From IMG/VR virus record IMGVR_UViG_3300017910_000414, positions 1-52,921 of that record: a stretch of 52,921 bases of DNA; one strand, given 5' to 3'. The position numbers and the translations under genes were made by a program. This DNA is from a virus (Duplodnaviria > Caudoviricetes). The notes under the pieces were generated by a model that saw only the letters and a list, made by a program, of their open reading frames with translations, did not search any database and was not told the origin of the DNA. Within the stretch, counting starts at the first letter, position 1; the number at the start of each line of letters is the position of its first letter. Positions 1 through 9,172 of the stretch are shown in pieces.

Positions 1-462
1 AATTACAGTAGAATTCCTCTTACTTACGTTAACGAACATACTTGGCATCATGTTTCCATTACTAGATATGGTAGTGATCTTATTATATCGAACTATAATT
101 CATCTACAGGAACGACAACACAACGTACCGAAGCTATTAGCGGTACTGTGAGAGAGGTTAATTCTCCTGTTCATATAGGTAGCTCGGCAGGTTCATTTGA
201 TAGGTTCCAAGGCAAACTTGCAGATATTCGAATTTCTCACGCAGCAGAATATCATACAAACGGTGTATATTCTTATACTCCGCCTACTGCGGGACTTTCA
301 GTCACACCAGACACAGTTGCTCTGATTAGAAGTAAGGCCGAAGGAGAAACGGGCACTTCTTCCGCAGGAATTGGTTTTGTTGATTATTCAGGGAATACGG
401 ATATGACTCTGCAATATGACCCTACAATTGATACAAGTGATACCATTCCACCACAAAGTTAA
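1..462 (+). CDS. C-terminal part of a structural protein with LamG/concanavalin-A-like domain (5' truncated by window)
   Basis: Frame 1 is open from base 1 (NYSRIPL...TWHHVSITRYG...VHIG...FQGKLADIRIS); WHHV and G-x-L-x-D-I-R-I are LamG-like motifs common in phage fibre proteins. Confidence 0.7.
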   Translation, partial: NYSRIPLTYVNEHTWHHVSITRYGSDLIISNYNSSTGTTTQRTEAISGTVREVNSPVHIGSSAGSFDRFQGKLADIRISHAAEYHTNGVYSYTPPTAGLSVTPDTVALIRSKAEGETGTSSAGIGFVDYSGNTDMTLQYDPTIDTSDTIPPQS

Positions 463-467
463 ATGCT

Positions 468-1334
468 ATGAAAAAGTTTACTGAAATAAGAGAAGCAAGG
501 CGGTCTGCACAAGACCGTCTTTCCGCACGTGCGGCGAAACATGGTCTTGGTTCTAAGAAAAGACTAGACAAGATTAAGAAGGCTTCTGACTTTTTTAGTA
601 AACCACCACCATCCTTCTCCAAGGCAGAATTGAAGAAGATGGGGTATGCAGTTGAAGCATCGTCGCCTGCACAACAAGCCGCGATCGCTATCGCCAAGAA
701 GGCGAACAAGGTAGTCAACGCAGAAGAATCATCAAAGGTTCCTTCTGGTATGAAGTTCATTGCTTCGTATGTTTACAAGGATGCGAATGGTAAAGATCAT
801 ACTCACCGTCATCTACGCAAAGGCACCAAGATGACTGACCCTGTTGTTGTTTACATCGACGACAAAGAGTGGAAGACCTTTCAATCATTTACCAAGGCAA
901 AACAAGCTGCCATTGCTCATATCAAAGGAATAAGAGAAATGGTAGAGAAGACACTTACTCCTGCAGAGAAAAAGAAAAGAGAAGAGATTGCAAAGGCAAT
1001 AGAACGGGACAATCCAGATATGCCAATGGCAAAAAAGATGGCCATTGCAACATCAACCGCAAAAAGAGTGACCGAAGGTAAAAACGATTACCCTATCTAC
1101 CATAAGACATATTCCGGTGCAATGCAAGCGGCATATGCGTTCGCAAAGAAGAAGGGGTTCGAGGTAGATAAGACCGATATCGATGACAAGGTCGCAACTG
1201 GACCTAAGAAACCGTCTAGTGGTAAGACTAATAGTTTTACCTTGAAGTTAGTCGGTCAAAAGAACAAGAGATTGGCGGTACAGGTAACTAATTTGGATAA
1301 CCGTCGATACGAATTAAACTGTTACATAACATAG
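468..1334 (+). CDS. Lys-rich putative head internal (poly)protein
   Basis: 288 aa ORF; N-terminus MKKFTEIRE resembles T4 capsid-targeting sequence; internal (I/V)xE motifs. Confidence 0.55.
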   Translation: MKKFTEIREARRSAQDRLSARAAKHGLGSKKRLDKIKKASDFFSKPPPSFSKAELKKMGYAVEASSPAQQAAIAIAKKANKVVNAEESSKVPSGMKFIASYVYKDANGKDHTHRHLRKGTKMTDPVVVYIDDKEWKTFQSFTKAKQAAIAHIKGIREMVEKTLTPAEKKKREEIAKAIERDNPDMPMAKKMAIATSTAKRVTEGKNDYPIYHKTYSGAMQAAYAFAKKKGFEVDKTDIDDKVATGPKKPSSGKTNSFTLKLVGQKNKRLAVQVTNLDNRRYELNCYIT

Positions 1335-1342
1335 GACATGGT

Positions 1343-1522
1343 ATGAGCAAATCGAAGAAACCGCGTAACAAGAAAATGTCTGCTGCCAAGAAACAAAGAC
1401 TGCAACAGACAAGTGATAATAATTACGGTGGACTGAACTTTAACCCACATAACAATAAAGTAAAGACAGTTAATCCCGTATCTGGTACGAAAGTATTTCG
1501 AGGAGCTTCAAGAGGTAGTTAA
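1343..1522 (+). CDS. small basic hypothetical protein (59 aa)
   Basis: Manual translation MSKSKKPRNKKMSAAKKQRL...GASRGS; AGGA SD; fills the gap between flanking genes. Confidence 0.6.
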   Translation: MSKSKKPRNKKMSAAKKQRLQQTSDNNYGGLNFNPHNNKVKTVNPVSGTKVFRGASRGS

Positions 1523-1523
1523 A

Positions 1524-2141
1524 ATGAAAGATTTTTTTGAATTGAGAGAAGGTAAGGCGACCAAGACTGAAGACAAGGGTCAGTTCATCTACGCCGCGAA
1601 ACAGGCAAAGGCGAAGGGTGACAAGACTTTTGTATTCGCGGGTAAAACTTACAACTGTGAAGAAGTTCTGGGAGAACTGTCTGCAAAATTGTTAAACAAG
1701 GCTGCCAAGAAAGCAGACGACGAAAGTGATAAGGCGCATCACGCAAAGAATCGCAGCCGCGCAGGTAAGAAGTATGATCAAGCAACCAAGTTTCACAAAG
1801 GTGCAAAGGATGCGCGTCGTCGAGCAATCCGTCGTGGAGAAAGAGTAGTCGAAAATCTTTCTGAGGCAGTAGTCTCTCGTTCCGATTTTGATAAAATTAA
1901 AAAAGGTGACGTTATTGACGTGGTCTTTGATTCGTCAATGAAGAAAGGTCACAAGGCAAAGTTGAAAGTCAAAAGTAAAACTCGTAGCGCAAAATACAAT
2001 GTTGACAAGGTTAACATGGTAGATGCAAACGATCCTCGCAATAAAACCCAATTTACATTCTTTAGCCGTCAAGGTAAAGACGCAACTCTAGGATGGGGTG
2101 GCATGGGCGTAGCACTAAAATCGTATACGATTGGTAAGTAA
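1524..2141 (+). CDS. Lys-rich putative head internal protein
   Basis: 205 aa ORF, GAGG SD, N-terminus MKDFFELRE. Confidence 0.55.
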   Translation: MKDFFELREGKATKTEDKGQFIYAAKQAKAKGDKTFVFAGKTYNCEEVLGELSAKLLNKAAKKADDESDKAHHAKNRSRAGKKYDQATKFHKGAKDARRRAIRRGERVVENLSEAVVSRSDFDKIKKGDVIDVVFDSSMKKGHKAKLKVKSKTRSAKYNVDKVNMVDANDPRNKTQFTFFSRQGKDATLGWGGMGVALKSYTIGK

Positions 2142-2143
2142 TA

Positions 2144-2461
2144 ATGAAAAAGTTTAAACAGTATATCGAAGAAGGTTGTTGTGAGGCATGTGCGTCTCTC
2201 GATGAAGAATTAGAGCTAACAGAAGCAGAGTATCAGGGTAAGAAAGTAACCCTAAATAAACCTGTACGTGGTGGTTCTAAGAAGTTCTACGTATATACTA
2301 AAAACGAGAAAGGTAATGTCGTGAAGGTCTCATTTGGAGATCCTAACATGGAGATTAAAAAAGACAACCCTGCTCGTAGGAAGAGTTTCAGGGCGAGGCA
2401 CAATTGTGCAGACCCTGGCCCGAAGTGGAAGGCACGCTATTGGTCGTGTCGCGCATGGTAA
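2144..2461 (+). CDS. conserved T4-like phage protein, putative internal head protein
   Basis: MKKFKQYIEE start; KKVSFGDP...RRKSFRARHNC...ARYWSC motif recalled from T4-like phages. Confidence 0.65.
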   Translation: MKKFKQYIEEGCCEACASLDEELELTEAEYQGKKVTLNKPVRGGSKKFYVYTKNEKGNVVKVSFGDPNMEIKKDNPARRKSFRARHNCADPGPKWKARYWSCRAW

Positions 2462-2470
2462 TTGATAAGT

Positions 2471-2478
2471 TATAAATA
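2471..2478 (+). promoter_or_regulatory. T4-type late promoter
   Basis: TATAAATA in the intergenic region. Confidence 0.75.
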
Positions 2479-2572
2479 AACACAAACCTTAACCATAAGT
2501 CAACTAATTATATCAATTTAAATTATAATTATCATATGGCTTATATCATCAATACTAATGGGCTGATCGAAC

Positions 2573-2884
2573 ATGGCAGATAACAACAAAATCTTACAAG
2601 AGCATGTGCAACGTGAAGAGCAACGCCTCGCAAGAATCGAGGACAAAATAGACAAGCTTTCCGATGCAATGATTGATCTTGCAAGAGCAGAAGAAAAGCT
2701 TATAAACATTGAAAAGGCAAACGCGCAACACTTTGAACGAATGAATCGATTTTCATCTAGAATGGATGATATCGAAGATACTGTTCAAGAACAAGGAAAG
2801 ACTGTAAAGGTAATGCAATATATTATTACATTATCTGCTACCGTCTTTGCTGGTGTATTCATCAAAATGTTTTTTGATGCGTAA
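2573..2884 (+). CDS. coiled-coil protein with C-terminal transmembrane helix (XhlA/holin-like architecture)
   Basis: Heptad pattern LARIEDKIDKLSDAM, then hydrophobic YIITLSATVFAGVFIKMFF. Confidence 0.55.
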   Translation: MADNNKILQEHVQREEQRLARIEDKIDKLSDAMIDLARAEEKLINIEKANAQHFERMNRFSSRMDDIEDTVQEQGKTVKVMQYIITLSATVFAGVFIKMFFDA

Positions 2885-2900
2885 TTAATTAACGGAGACT

Positions 2901-4028
2901 ATGATGTCAGATATCAATAAAATTATGGAGGCATATTTGGGAATGGTCTCCGCGCCTCAGGTAGAGGATACTCTAGAGGAAAAGAAAATAGGTAACATGG
3001 GGCCATATGGTATGGCGACCATTACTAAGGCACTTGCTGCAAACGGAATCAAAGGCGCTAAGGCAATCGGCGTAAAAGATTTTCTAAGAAAGAGCGGTAC
3101 TGTCAATGAAGAAGTCGAAGAAGAACTAGACGAAGCATGTGGCAAAAAGCACTATAAAGAAGGTCGAGTAGAGTGCACTAAGTGTGAAGGTAAAGGCTGT
3201 GATCACTGTGATAACAAAGGTTACCACGAAGTATCAGAGAAAAAACTTGATCCAGTAGACGATGCAGAGAACGACAAGAAGTTCAAGGATCGTAAGGACA
3301 AGGACATCGACAACGATGGCGATGTAGATTCTTCTGACGAATATCTACACAAGCGTCGTAAAGCAACTGACGATGCGATCGATGGTGGTAAGAAACCTGC
3401 AAAAGAATCTGCACAAGTAGATGAGGTTTCTGCAGAGCTTGCAAAGGCTGCATTCAAGGCACGTGCAAAGCGTATCGATGATCTAGAGAAAGAGAAAGAG
3501 AAAGAGACCAACAAACACGGTCGCGCTCAGATCGATAAAGAGATCGATAGTCAAGACAAGAAGTTGGCACGTTCTCACGCCAAGTCTGGTTCAGACAAAC
3601 CACTTAACAAGTCATACAACGATGCTGTTAAGGACAAGGATACTCGCTCAGATTCTCAAAAGTATGCTGATTATAAGAAAGATGGTGGTAAGTTATCTAT
3701 GGATGATTGGAAGAAGCGTCAACACGAAGCGCTTGAATTAGACTTGTCTCAGTCGTTTGCTGAAATGTGGAAACAAATGCAAGAAGCAATTGACCCTAAG
3801 AAGGGTGCAACTGCTTCAGAGAAACATGATGATCACTCATCTGATCACGACAAGAAAGTTATTGCACAACACAAGAAGTCTGATAAGAAAGTCGAAGACC
3901 AAGAAGAAAAGAGTCACGACACAGTCTTCAAGGCAGCGGGTAAGGATATGAAGCAAGCTCCTGCTCGTAGTGGTGCAGACAATTTGTCAAACGGCGATAA
4001 GACTATCGTAAACCCTGTAAAGAAGTAA
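2901..4028 (+). CDS. charged modular protein, putative prohead core/internal protein
   Basis: 375 aa; GGAG SD; many LxE/VxE motifs; CxxC-G-CxxC and DIDNDGDVDSSDE motifs. Confidence 0.6.
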   Translation: MMSDINKIMEAYLGMVSAPQVEDTLEEKKIGNMGPYGMATITKALAANGIKGAKAIGVKDFLRKSGTVNEEVEEELDEACGKKHYKEGRVECTKCEGKGCDHCDNKGYHEVSEKKLDPVDDAENDKKFKDRKDKDIDNDGDVDSSDEYLHKRRKATDDAIDGGKKPAKESAQVDEVSAELAKAAFKARAKRIDDLEKEKEKETNKHGRAQIDKEIDSQDKKLARSHAKSGSDKPLNKSYNDAVKDKDTRSDSQKYADYKKDGGKLSMDDWKKRQHEALELDLSQSFAEMWKQMQEAIDPKKGATASEKHDDHSSDHDKKVIAQHKKSDKKVEDQEEKSHDTVFKAAGKDMKQAPARSGADNLSNGDKTIVNPVKK

Positions 4029-4040
4029 AAGGATAATATT

Positions 4041-4232
4041 ATGAAAGCTCCTGCATGGTGTAAAAACGCAGTCCCAACTGTGCGCGGATGGGAAGATCCG
4101 GTAACTGGTGAAGTATACAAGAAGCAAAAGTTCACTGCCGACCAACTTGCTGAGTGGCACGGTACAGATGAACCGGAACCTGCTCCGGAACCAGAAGAAG
4201 TAGTTGAAGAAGATTCAGAGACTGAAGAATAA
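4041..4232 (+). CDS. small hypothetical protein with acidic tail
   Basis: AAGGA SD; 63 aa; PAWC..AVPT.RGW.DP.TGE motif. Confidence 0.7.
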   Translation: MKAPAWCKNAVPTVRGWEDPVTGEVYKKQKFTADQLAEWHGTDEPEPAPEPEEVVEEDSETEE

Positions 4233-5161
4233 TTAAATATTATATTCTGACGAGCGGACCACTGTCTGCTCTTAAACGTCACTTTCAATTTTTAAAATCA
4301 ACTGAGACCGTAGTCGTCATCAATTCTCTTAATAAAGAGTATGTTGATGAGGCCGCGGTTTTTTGTGCGTCTAGAGAAATTGAATACCATATTACTAAAT
4401 CGGATGGTACGCCTGCAACGGGTAAGAACTCCGTACTTAAACTTTTTCTAGAGAGCGACAATGAGTATATGGTACACGTTGATGGTGATGATATGATCAC
4501 ACCATATGGCCGTAATCTCTATCGCGCAGCTGCGCATACAAACCCACCAGATGTCATCTGTTTACAAAACGAGTTGGAGATACAGAACTATCGTCCTGAG
4601 CTTCTGAGTGTCTTTCGTGATCAGATCGATTCAAATACAGTAGAACAAAATCTATTGTTTATTCCTAGATCATATATGCCTAGACATCCATATGTCCTAA
4701 TCAAAGGGTCTGTGGGTAACAGGGCAACCATTCAAAGACATCGATCAGATCTGGATGACTCTATCATAGAGTCGTGGTTATCTGACCGCAAATACCTCGT
4801 TGACTTCTACTCAAAATACAGTGACGGACGAAACTCACTGAATCGAATCGTCTTTTTGTCTCGCAAGGCTGCGGAGATGATGTGGTACGATCCAGTATTA
4901 ACTATCGGTGAAGATCTGGTACAACTGTACAAACTAAAGAAATTAGCGTATAATGGCGCTATAGACATGCGTATACGTAATGAGAATCCAAGGTATACGT
5001 ACCTTCACCTTACCGAAACGTCTAGCATCACGCGTGGAGAGGCATTTGATTGGAGTTGGCAGTCAAGTCTTATTGAAGAACTAAATAAACTCGACATGTA
5101 TCCCGAAGGGTTTCATCTACCGGAGTTTGTAGATCCACATTATGAAGTTAAACAAAAATAA
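4229..5161 (+). CDS. GT-A (family 2-like) glycosyltransferase, probable non-canonical ATA start
   Basis: Frame open from 4226 (IIKYYILTSG...GKNSVLKLF...YMVHVDGDD); DxDD motif; first ATG only at 4469. Confidence 0.55.
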   Translation: MIKYYILTSGPLSALKRHFQFLKSTETVVVINSLNKEYVDEAAVFCASREIEYHITKSDGTPATGKNSVLKLFLESDNEYMVHVDGDDMITPYGRNLYRAAAHTNPPDVICLQNELEIQNYRPELLSVFRDQIDSNTVEQNLLFIPRSYMPRHPYVLIKGSVGNRATIQRHRSDLDDSIIESWLSDRKYLVDFYSKYSDGRNSLNRIVFLSRKAAEMMWYDPVLTIGEDLVQLYKLKKLAYNGAIDMRIRNENPRYTYLHLTETSSITRGEAFDWSWQSSLIEELNKLDMYPEGFHLPEFVDPHYEVKQK

Positions 5162-5510
5162 TCTGATTGTGTATGCAGCCAAGCATTACTACAACCCTAA
5201 GCATATTGATGGCGAAGAATTCTTCGATGATCTGAAGAGGTTCAAGTATGTTAAACGTCTGATCAACAGATACCATGAGAAAGGTGAACTCGCAGAACGT
5301 CTAATTCTGAATCATCTGATTGTGATCTTCAATGTGTTCGGGCCCGAGGCAGGAGTCGAGATGTTGGCACTCAAGATACCGCTTGAACAATGGCCTACAC
5401 TCAAACCATTCCTTGTATTTCTACGTGCGATAAAGAACGACGATATTACAGGTATCAAAATGGATAAATACGTAGTAAGTAAATTGAGAGAACTACGATG
5501 GGAATCCTAA
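5142..5510 (+). CDS. conserved T4-like phage hypothetical protein
   Basis: YAAKHYYNP...EEFFDDLKRFKYVKRL...ERLILNH..V..NVFG motif typical of T4-like phages. Confidence 0.75.
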   Translation: MKLNKNNLIVYAAKHYYNPKHIDGEEFFDDLKRFKYVKRLINRYHEKGELAERLILNHLIVIFNVFGPEAGVEMLALKIPLEQWPTLKPFLVFLRAIKNDDITGIKMDKYVVSKLRELRWES

Positions 5511-6091
5511 AGTCAGCTGCGGACATCGTCTATACAATTCGTTTCCTAAAACTACTCGTGACCAAGTTCGAGGACACCAACGCATTCAAAGCAGGCATCA
5601 TCGACGCAGACGGTAAAAAGAGAAAAGATTTCTCTATGGACACAATGGACAATCGTGATGCGTACCGTACACACTACACTGCGTTTCATCGTCTGGTGTT
5701 TAATTTAAAACGTATCATGGCGAAAGCGCCTGGCGGTTCGTCTATTGTTGCACGTTATGGTGCAGCCCTTGCATTGATTAAAGAACATGGTCAATTGAAC
5801 GATACCAATTTACAGAAGATACATGATGAGACAGGAATAGACATCATGGACGTTCTCATGGAAAACTCTCAGTGGTATGTGCTTGATAGTGGTAATCTAG
5901 GTGAAGGTGTTTATCGTATGGAGAACGATTCTTTATCTGATACCGGAGAGGATGTAATCCGTATGGGTGATAAAATTCGTGTCGAAGAAAACAACCTGTG
6001 CCATGACATTTTAGGTATCCCCGTGTATGAGGGTACGCACATGCGAACAGGTCTGCGCGTTCTCTTCTCGGCCAATGAGGTGAGAAAATGA
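5498..6091 (+). CDS. conserved phage hypothetical protein
   Basis: 197 aa; AFKAGIIDADGK...FHRLVFNLKR motif. Confidence 0.7.
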   Translation: MGILKSAADIVYTIRFLKLLVTKFEDTNAFKAGIIDADGKKRKDFSMDTMDNRDAYRTHYTAFHRLVFNLKRIMAKAPGGSSIVARYGAALALIKEHGQLNDTNLQKIHDETGIDIMDVLMENSQWYVLDSGNLGEGVYRMENDSLSDTGEDVIRMGDKIRVEENNLCHDILGIPVYEGTHMRTGLRVLFSANEVRK

Positions 6092-6267
6092 AAACGTATG
6101 AAGAGTTTATGAAACAATTCGAAGAAGAGATCACCAACAATACCAGTCAAGTGCCTGGCGCAGGCAGTGACTCTTCTACTGTGATCGTACGCAAGAAGTA
6201 CGACCGTAAGAATAAACGTAAAGATGCTGTCGAAATTTTAAGACGCATCATGTCTAAAAAATCTTAA
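6088..6267 (+). CDS. small protein with T4 capsid-targeting-like N-terminus (59 aa)
   Basis: Manual translation MKTYEEFMKQFEEEITNN...; ATGA overlap and GAGGTG SD; compare T4 IP CTS MKTYQEFIAE. Confidence 0.65.
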   Translation: MKTYEEFMKQFEEEITNNTSQVPGAGSDSSTVIVRKKYDRKNKRKDAVEILRRIMSKKS

Positions 6268-6275
6268 AAATCCCC

Positions 6276-6304
6276 TTTACAAAATCCTTATTATACTATA
6301 TAAT
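6276..6304 (+). promoter_or_regulatory. sigma70-type promoter
   Basis: TTTACA-17nt-TATAAT upstream of the operon leading to nrdAB. Confidence 0.65.
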
Positions 6305-6329
6305 TCTACGTTCAATTTAAGGATTTGCC

Positions 6330-6665
6330 ATGAAGGTCAACGACTACGTCGATTTCAAAATCGTCATACTCGAAACTCAAGATGATGACACTTCTCTTAT
6401 CGTAAACTCTTACGATGAGTCAGAGCTGATATACGTATCTTTAGTTGGGTATTGTGGTGATGACCTGTCCCATGATAGATTCTTGGTAACTAGTCCAAAA
6501 GATTCATTCCACAACCATATGCTGTGGGAGGGACTTTTTGACTCTGAAGAACAGGATGAGTACATTGAACAATGTTGTAGAAAGTTCTGGGAAACTGGTA
6601 AGCAGATGATCATTGAAAATTATGATTATCAGGAAGACGAGCCATTCTATGATTATTCTAAGTAA
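6330..6665 (+). CDS. acidic hypothetical protein
   Basis: 111 aa ORF with AAGGA SD. Confidence 0.6.
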   Translation: MKVNDYVDFKIVILETQDDDTSLIVNSYDESELIYVSLVGYCGDDLSHDRFLVTSPKDSFHNHMLWEGLFDSEEQDEYIEQCCRKFWETGKQMIIENYDYQEDEPFYDYSK

Positions 6666-6670
6666 GTTGT

Positions 6671-7126
6671 ATGTCTGCGGTGTTGAATAATTTGAAGAGC
6701 AACACAAAGGCACATAGTGTCGTGTGTAGTCTTGACAAAGCACTCTTTAAAGAGTATACTGTCCGATATTGTTCTCTCAGAAATGATACAGTATACCTTA
6801 TAGTGGTATCAGAAACTATAGACACCACAATGGGTAGTAAATGGTCCCGTGCCAAAGCACTATGTCGTGAACACGGAATCTATCTCGATGTCTCTATTGT
6901 AAAAGAAGAACAGTATATAAAATGGGTGCACCATTCAGTAAAGAGGAATCCGGATTCTTCTGAAGAGTGGTTGCAACGATGGTATAAAGTACATGAAAAA
7001 ACTCCGAAAGGTGGACTCTGGGCAAAAGCCGCAGATAATATATACTACCTGAAAGAGATAAAAAACTACAACGCTATCGCACCTAAGATACTTGAAAGTG
7101 GTTATTTTTCCTTAAACGGAAAGTGA
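6671..7126 (+). CDS. hypothetical protein
   Basis: 151 aa ORF packed between neighbours. Confidence 0.55.
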   Translation: MSAVLNNLKSNTKAHSVVCSLDKALFKEYTVRYCSLRNDTVYLIVVSETIDTTMGSKWSRAKALCREHGIYLDVSIVKEEQYIKWVHHSVKRNPDSSEEWLQRWYKVHEKTPKGGLWAKAADNIYYLKEIKNYNAIAPKILESGYFSLNGK

Positions 7127-7152
7127 AACACATAACTAGGTAACACGAAAGA

Positions 7153-9147
7153 ATGAAAGTAGAAGTGAATTATGACCGCGATGGTCTATTGACCGACTAT
7201 GCAGTCGGAATGTTAAAAGATTTTTATATGATTGAGGGTGAAGAATCTCCCCAAGAAGCATACGCAAGAGCAGCTGAAGCTTGGTCAACATACCAAGGAG
7301 AGATGGACCCTTACTTAGCACAACGACTTTATGAATATGTCAGCAAGAAGTGGTTCATGTTTGCTTCACCCGTATTGTCTAATGCACCTAAAGAAGGTAC
7401 GAAGACACGCGGTCTTCCAATCTCATGTTTTCTAACGTACGTACCAGATACACTGGATGGTCTTATAGAACACTCCAGTGAGTTGCGCTGGTTGTCAGTT
7501 ATGGGTGGAGGAGTTGGTGGTCACTGGCGTGACGTGCGTACTGTGTCAGACATCGCGCCTGGCCCGATTCCTTTCCTACACACGGTCGATGCAGATATGA
7601 TTGCATATCGACAAGGTAAAACTCGTAAAGGGTCTTACGCGGCATATCTGGACGTTTCACATCCGGACATTATTGAGTTTCTTAACATCCGTATTCCTAC
7701 GGGTGACGTACAACGTAAAGCGTTAAATATTCATAACGCAATCAACATCACCGATACCTTTATGGCCGCGGTGATTAATAACACAGACTTCGATCTGCGT
7801 GATCCAAAAGACGACATTGTCAAAGATACGGTCAACGCACGTAAGTTGTGGGAAAGAATTCTTGAGGTAAGGTTTCGCACAGGTGAACCATACCTTAACT
7901 TTATTGATACTGCGAATCGTGCATTACCAATGCCTTTGAAGGAGAAGGGACTGAAGATTCATGGATCAAACCTGTGTAATGAAATTCACTTGCCTACGGG
8001 ACCAGATAGGACTGCTGTATGTTGTTTATCGTCACTAAACTTGGAATACTATGATGAATGGAAGGACACTAATATCGTTCGTGATCTTATTCGTATGCTG
8101 GATAACGTTCTCGAATACTTCATCGCTAACTCGCCAGATAGTATTTCCCGCGCCCGTTATTCGGCAGAAAGAGAAAGAAGTGTTGGACTGGGAGCTATGG
8201 GATTCCACTCACTCTTACAAAAACACTTTGTTGCTTGGGAATCGGATAAGGCCAGAGAAATAAATAAAGTCGTGTTTGAGCATATCAATCACGAAGCAAA
8301 AGAAGAATCAAGACTCCTTGCGAAAGAGCGGGGTGAATACTCAGACGGTTTAGGTTCAGGGATGCGCAATGCCCATCTATTAGCAATAGCACCTAACGCG
8401 TCGTCAGGAGTCATCTTATCCACGTCACCATCAATTGAACCATTGAAGGCATGTGCTTATACGCATAGAACTCGCGCAGGTTCGTTTTTGGTGAAGAACT
8501 CGTATCTTGAGTCTCTCCTCAAAGAGAAGCGTCAGGATAACGAATCTACGTGGTCTAGCATCATTACTCGCAAGGGATCAGTTCAACACTTGCCGTTCTT
8601 AAATGAAGGCGAGAAGGCAGTTTTCAAAACTGCACAAGAGCTGGATCAGAATTGGGTAGTGAAACATGCGGCTGACAGACAAACATACATTTGTCAAGGT
8701 CAGTCGGTTAACCTTTTCTTCCCATCGGGTGCACCAAAACGTTATGTTAATAAGGTGCATTTCAATGCATGGAGACATGGGTTAAAGGGTCTGTACTATT
8801 TGCGCACCGAGGCCAGATCTCGTGCTGAAACTGTATCAGATAAAGTGGAACGGGTTGCGTTGCAAGACGACAATCGTACCATACTCTACGGCAAGAAGGA
8901 TTGTCCGTGGTGTAAGATGGCCGCCGAGGAACTGTTGCTACGCGGCATAGAATATGACTACGTCGATCTTGAGGAGATAAAGAAGTCTGCCGCAGAGGTC
9001 ACAGGAAGAAAAGTCACAACAGTTCCTCAAATTTATCTGGAGGGCAAATATGTCGGCGGATATGATGACCTTATGATGCATTTTAAGGGTGAAATGGAGT
9101 ACGAACCAAGTGATGGTGGCGACGAATGTCGGGCCTGCGAGGGTTAA
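7153..9147 (+). CDS. nrdA: class Ia ribonucleotide reductase alpha subunit with inserted glutaredoxin domain
   Basis: ASPVLSNA, ISCFL, SNLCNEI, IAPNASS, LYYLR motifs; CPWC...TVPQIY...VGG Grx domain; terminal CRACEG. Confidence 0.95.
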   Translation: MKVEVNYDRDGLLTDYAVGMLKDFYMIEGEESPQEAYARAAEAWSTYQGEMDPYLAQRLYEYVSKKWFMFASPVLSNAPKEGTKTRGLPISCFLTYVPDTLDGLIEHSSELRWLSVMGGGVGGHWRDVRTVSDIAPGPIPFLHTVDADMIAYRQGKTRKGSYAAYLDVSHPDIIEFLNIRIPTGDVQRKALNIHNAINITDTFMAAVINNTDFDLRDPKDDIVKDTVNARKLWERILEVRFRTGEPYLNFIDTANRALPMPLKEKGLKIHGSNLCNEIHLPTGPDRTAVCCLSSLNLEYYDEWKDTNIVRDLIRMLDNVLEYFIANSPDSISRARYSAERERSVGLGAMGFHSLLQKHFVAWESDKAREINKVVFEHINHEAKEESRLLAKERGEYSDGLGSGMRNAHLLAIAPNASSGVILSTSPSIEPLKACAYTHRTRAGSFLVKNSYLESLLKEKRQDNESTWSSIITRKGSVQHLPFLNEGEKAVFKTAQELDQNWVVKHAADRQTYICQGQSVNLFFPSGAPKRYVNKVHFNAWRHGLKGLYYLRTEARSRAETVSDKVERVALQDDNRTILYGKKDCPWCKMAAEELLLRGIEYDYVDLEEIKKSAAEVTGRKVTTVPQIYLEGKYVGGYDDLMMHFKGEMEYEPSDGGDECRACEG

Positions 9148-9172
9148 TAAACAATTCAAATAAAGGATTAGT

